Shown in pieces: positions 51,925-53,546 of a DNA stretch of 53,546 nt. The notes under the pieces are model-generated. The model ran no database searches and was not told the DNA's origin. It saw only the letters and a program-made list of their open reading frames with translations. Every line of letters starts with the position of its first letter. Within the stretch, counting starts at the first letter, position 1. The stretch is from a virus (Duplodnaviria > Caudoviricetes): IMG/VR virus record IMGVR_UViG_3300025146_000019, positions 1 to 53,546 of that record; one strand, written 5' to 3'. The position numbers and the translations under genes are program-made.

Positions 51925-53546
51925 GACGACTGCACCTCCTGCTCGTCCGCCTCGCGCTCCGGCATCCGCCCCACCTGCCGCCAGTACTTGGCGCACACCG
52001 CCTGCGCCAGCCCCCACTCCACGCTGCTCAGCCCGCCGCGCAGCCGCTCGGCCAGCGCGTGGCCCACCCCGCCGTCAACCTTGTTGAAGCCCACGTCGTT
52101 GCGGGCGTAGGCGCGGTCCGGGTCCATGCCCGCCAGGGCGGTCAGCGCCTGGGCTGCCCAGCGCTCGCGCGCCGTGCGGGGCCCGCGGCGGGGGGCTACC
52201 CCTCCCCCCTCCCCCACCTTCACGCCGCGCCGCTCGGCGCTCCGCCGCGCCTTGGCCTGGGCCCTCCGCTCGGGCTCCAGCTCGGCGACGGCCCGCTCCG
52301 CTGCCTCGGCCTCCGCCGCCAGCTGGGCCAGGCGGGCCTCCAGCTCGGCCTGCTCGGCGGCCAGCATGCGGCAGCGGGCGGTGTCGACGCCCAGGTCGGT
52401 CACCACCTCCTCGACCACCTGGGCCGGGGTCGGGCGCTGGCTGCCGCGGGTGCGGGCCGCGTCCACCGAGGCCTCCATGAGAGCGAGCTTGGCACCCAGC
52501 AGCTCCGCGACGCGCCGGTCCAGCGCGTGGTCCGCCACCAGACGGGTGATGGTGACGGCGCTGCGCTGCCCGATGCGGTGGACCCGGTCCTCGGCCTGCA
52601 GGTTCAGCGCCGGGGTCCAGTCCTGGTCCACCACCAGCAGGCTGGACGCCCGCGTGAGCGTGACTGCCACGCCACCGGCCCGGATGGTGAGGCCCACGCC
52701 GCGCAGCTCGCCGGCCTGGAACTGCCGGGCGATCTCCGTGCGCTCCTCAGCGGAGGTCTCGCCGGTGATGACGGCCCAGCCGGGGCGGGCAGCCAGCGCC
52801 TCGACCGGGGCCCTGTGCGCGCTGAAGACCACCAGCGGGACCTCCGCCTCCTCGTGCTCCTCGACCAGCGCCATCATGTGCGGGATCTTGGCGATGGCCA
52901 GCGCCCTGCGGGCGGCGGACATCTGCTCGAAGGCGGTGCCGCCGCACCGGGTCTCCTCGGCCAGCTCGGCCTCCTCGTCCCAGTCGATGCCCTGCTCCTC
53001 GAGGGCGCGCAGCGCGCTGTCGCACAGCGCCCGGGTCTCCCGGTCGAGGCCGTTCACGGAGACGTCGCGCCGGGTCTTGGCCGGCAGGTCGGACAGCACC
53101 TCGGCCTTCATGCGGCGCAGCATGCCGCGCTGCAGTCGGCGGGCCACCTCGTCGCGGTCGATGCGGTCGGGGAACCAGTCGTAGCCGTAGCGGCCCCTCA
53201 CCCCGCCCATCACCTGGGCGAAGGTCCACCACTTGCCGAAGCACTCCTCCGCGACGTCGGCAGCCGCCAGCATCCGCCACAGCTCCTGCGGACGGTTCAG
53301 CAGCGGGGTGCCGGTGAGCAGCCAGGTGCGCCCACCCGCGTCGCGTGCGCCCTGCGCCATGGCGTCCCAGGCGGCGGCCCGCTTCACCTTGCGCGGGTCG
53401 CCCTTCAGCGCGTGGGCCTCGTCGGCGATGAGCACCGTGCCGGTGACCGGCAGCGACAGCTGGGCCAGCTGCTCGGGGGTCGGGAGCACGTCGTAGTTGG
53501 TGATGACCAGCTCGCCCATGTCGGGCCAGCGGAACGAGCCGCGACC
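51921..53546 (-). CDS. Second SNF2-family (HARP/SMARCAL1-like) helicase, 5' end off the window
   Basis: ITNYD, LIADEAH, LLTGTPLLNRP.ELW, MLRRMKAEVL.DLP.K, VVFSAH and QAEDRVHRIGQ. Frame open to the window edge. Confidence 0.92.
   Translation of the reverse strand, partial: GRGSFRWPDMGELVITNYDVLPTPEQLAQLSLPVTGTVLIADEAHALKGDPRKVKRAAAWDAMAQGARDAGGRTWLLTGTPLLNRPQELWRMLAAADVAEECFGKWWTFAQVMGGVRGRYGYDWFPDRIDRDEVARRLQRGMLRRMKAEVLSDLPAKTRRDVSVNGLDRETRALCDSALRALEEQGIDWDEEAELAEETRCGGTAFEQMSAARRALAIAKIPHMMALVEEHEEAEVPLVVFSAHRAPVEALAARPGWAVITGETSAEERTEIARQFQAGELRGVGLTIRAGGVAVTLTRASSLLVVDQDWTPALNLQAEDRVHRIGQRSAVTITRLVADHALDRRVAELLGAKLALMEASVDAARTRGSQRPTPAQVVEEVVTDLGVDTARCRMLAAEQAELEARLAQLAAEAEAAERAVAELEPERRAQAKARRSAERRGVKVGEGGGVAPRRGPRTARERWAAQALTALAGMDPDRAYARNDVGFNKVDGGVGHALAERLRGGLSSVEWGLAQAVCAKYWRQVGRMPEREADEQEVQSS

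Overview
About 53.5 kb of a high-GC tailed (siphovirus-type) phage genome. Nearly all real genes are on the minus strand, and many are translationally coupled by ATGA/GTGA/TGATG overlaps. Read in the direction of transcription (right to left): a partial SNF2 helicase and small accessory genes (sulfotransferase-like, Zn-finger/XRE, DUF1653-like); terS, a structured ~690-bp spacer and terL; portal, head-tail proteins, a MuF head protein with a C-terminal HExxH domain, XkdF-like protease/scaffold, cement and major capsid; a tail module (tube, G/GT chaperones with a GGGAAAC frameshift site, tape measure, minor tail proteins, J-like tip); two lipoproteins; and a replication block (SNF2 helicase, SSB-like protein, SF1 helicase). 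It ends with a tightly coupled thymidine-hypermodification operon running into a family A DNA polymerase. That operon holds an amino acid:DNA transferase, a GIY-YIG endonuclease, an FAD oxidoreductase, a cupin, an amidoligase, an LMW phosphatase, a 5-hmdU DNA kinase with a separate helical partner, a dUMP hydroxymethylase, a HAD nucleotidase and an Nmad1-like protein. The two strongest leads are (1) this enzyme combination, which predicts a hypermodified base different from the characterised ones I know of, and (2) a ~220-bp iteron-containing element present twice in inverted orientation, bracketing the whole virion module, next to the only convincing plus-strand gene, a stand-alone paralog of the TerS DNA-binding domain. 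All calls rest on motif recognition by eye; no database searches were run. No integrase, primase, lysis genes, tRNA or CRISPR array were recognised in the window.
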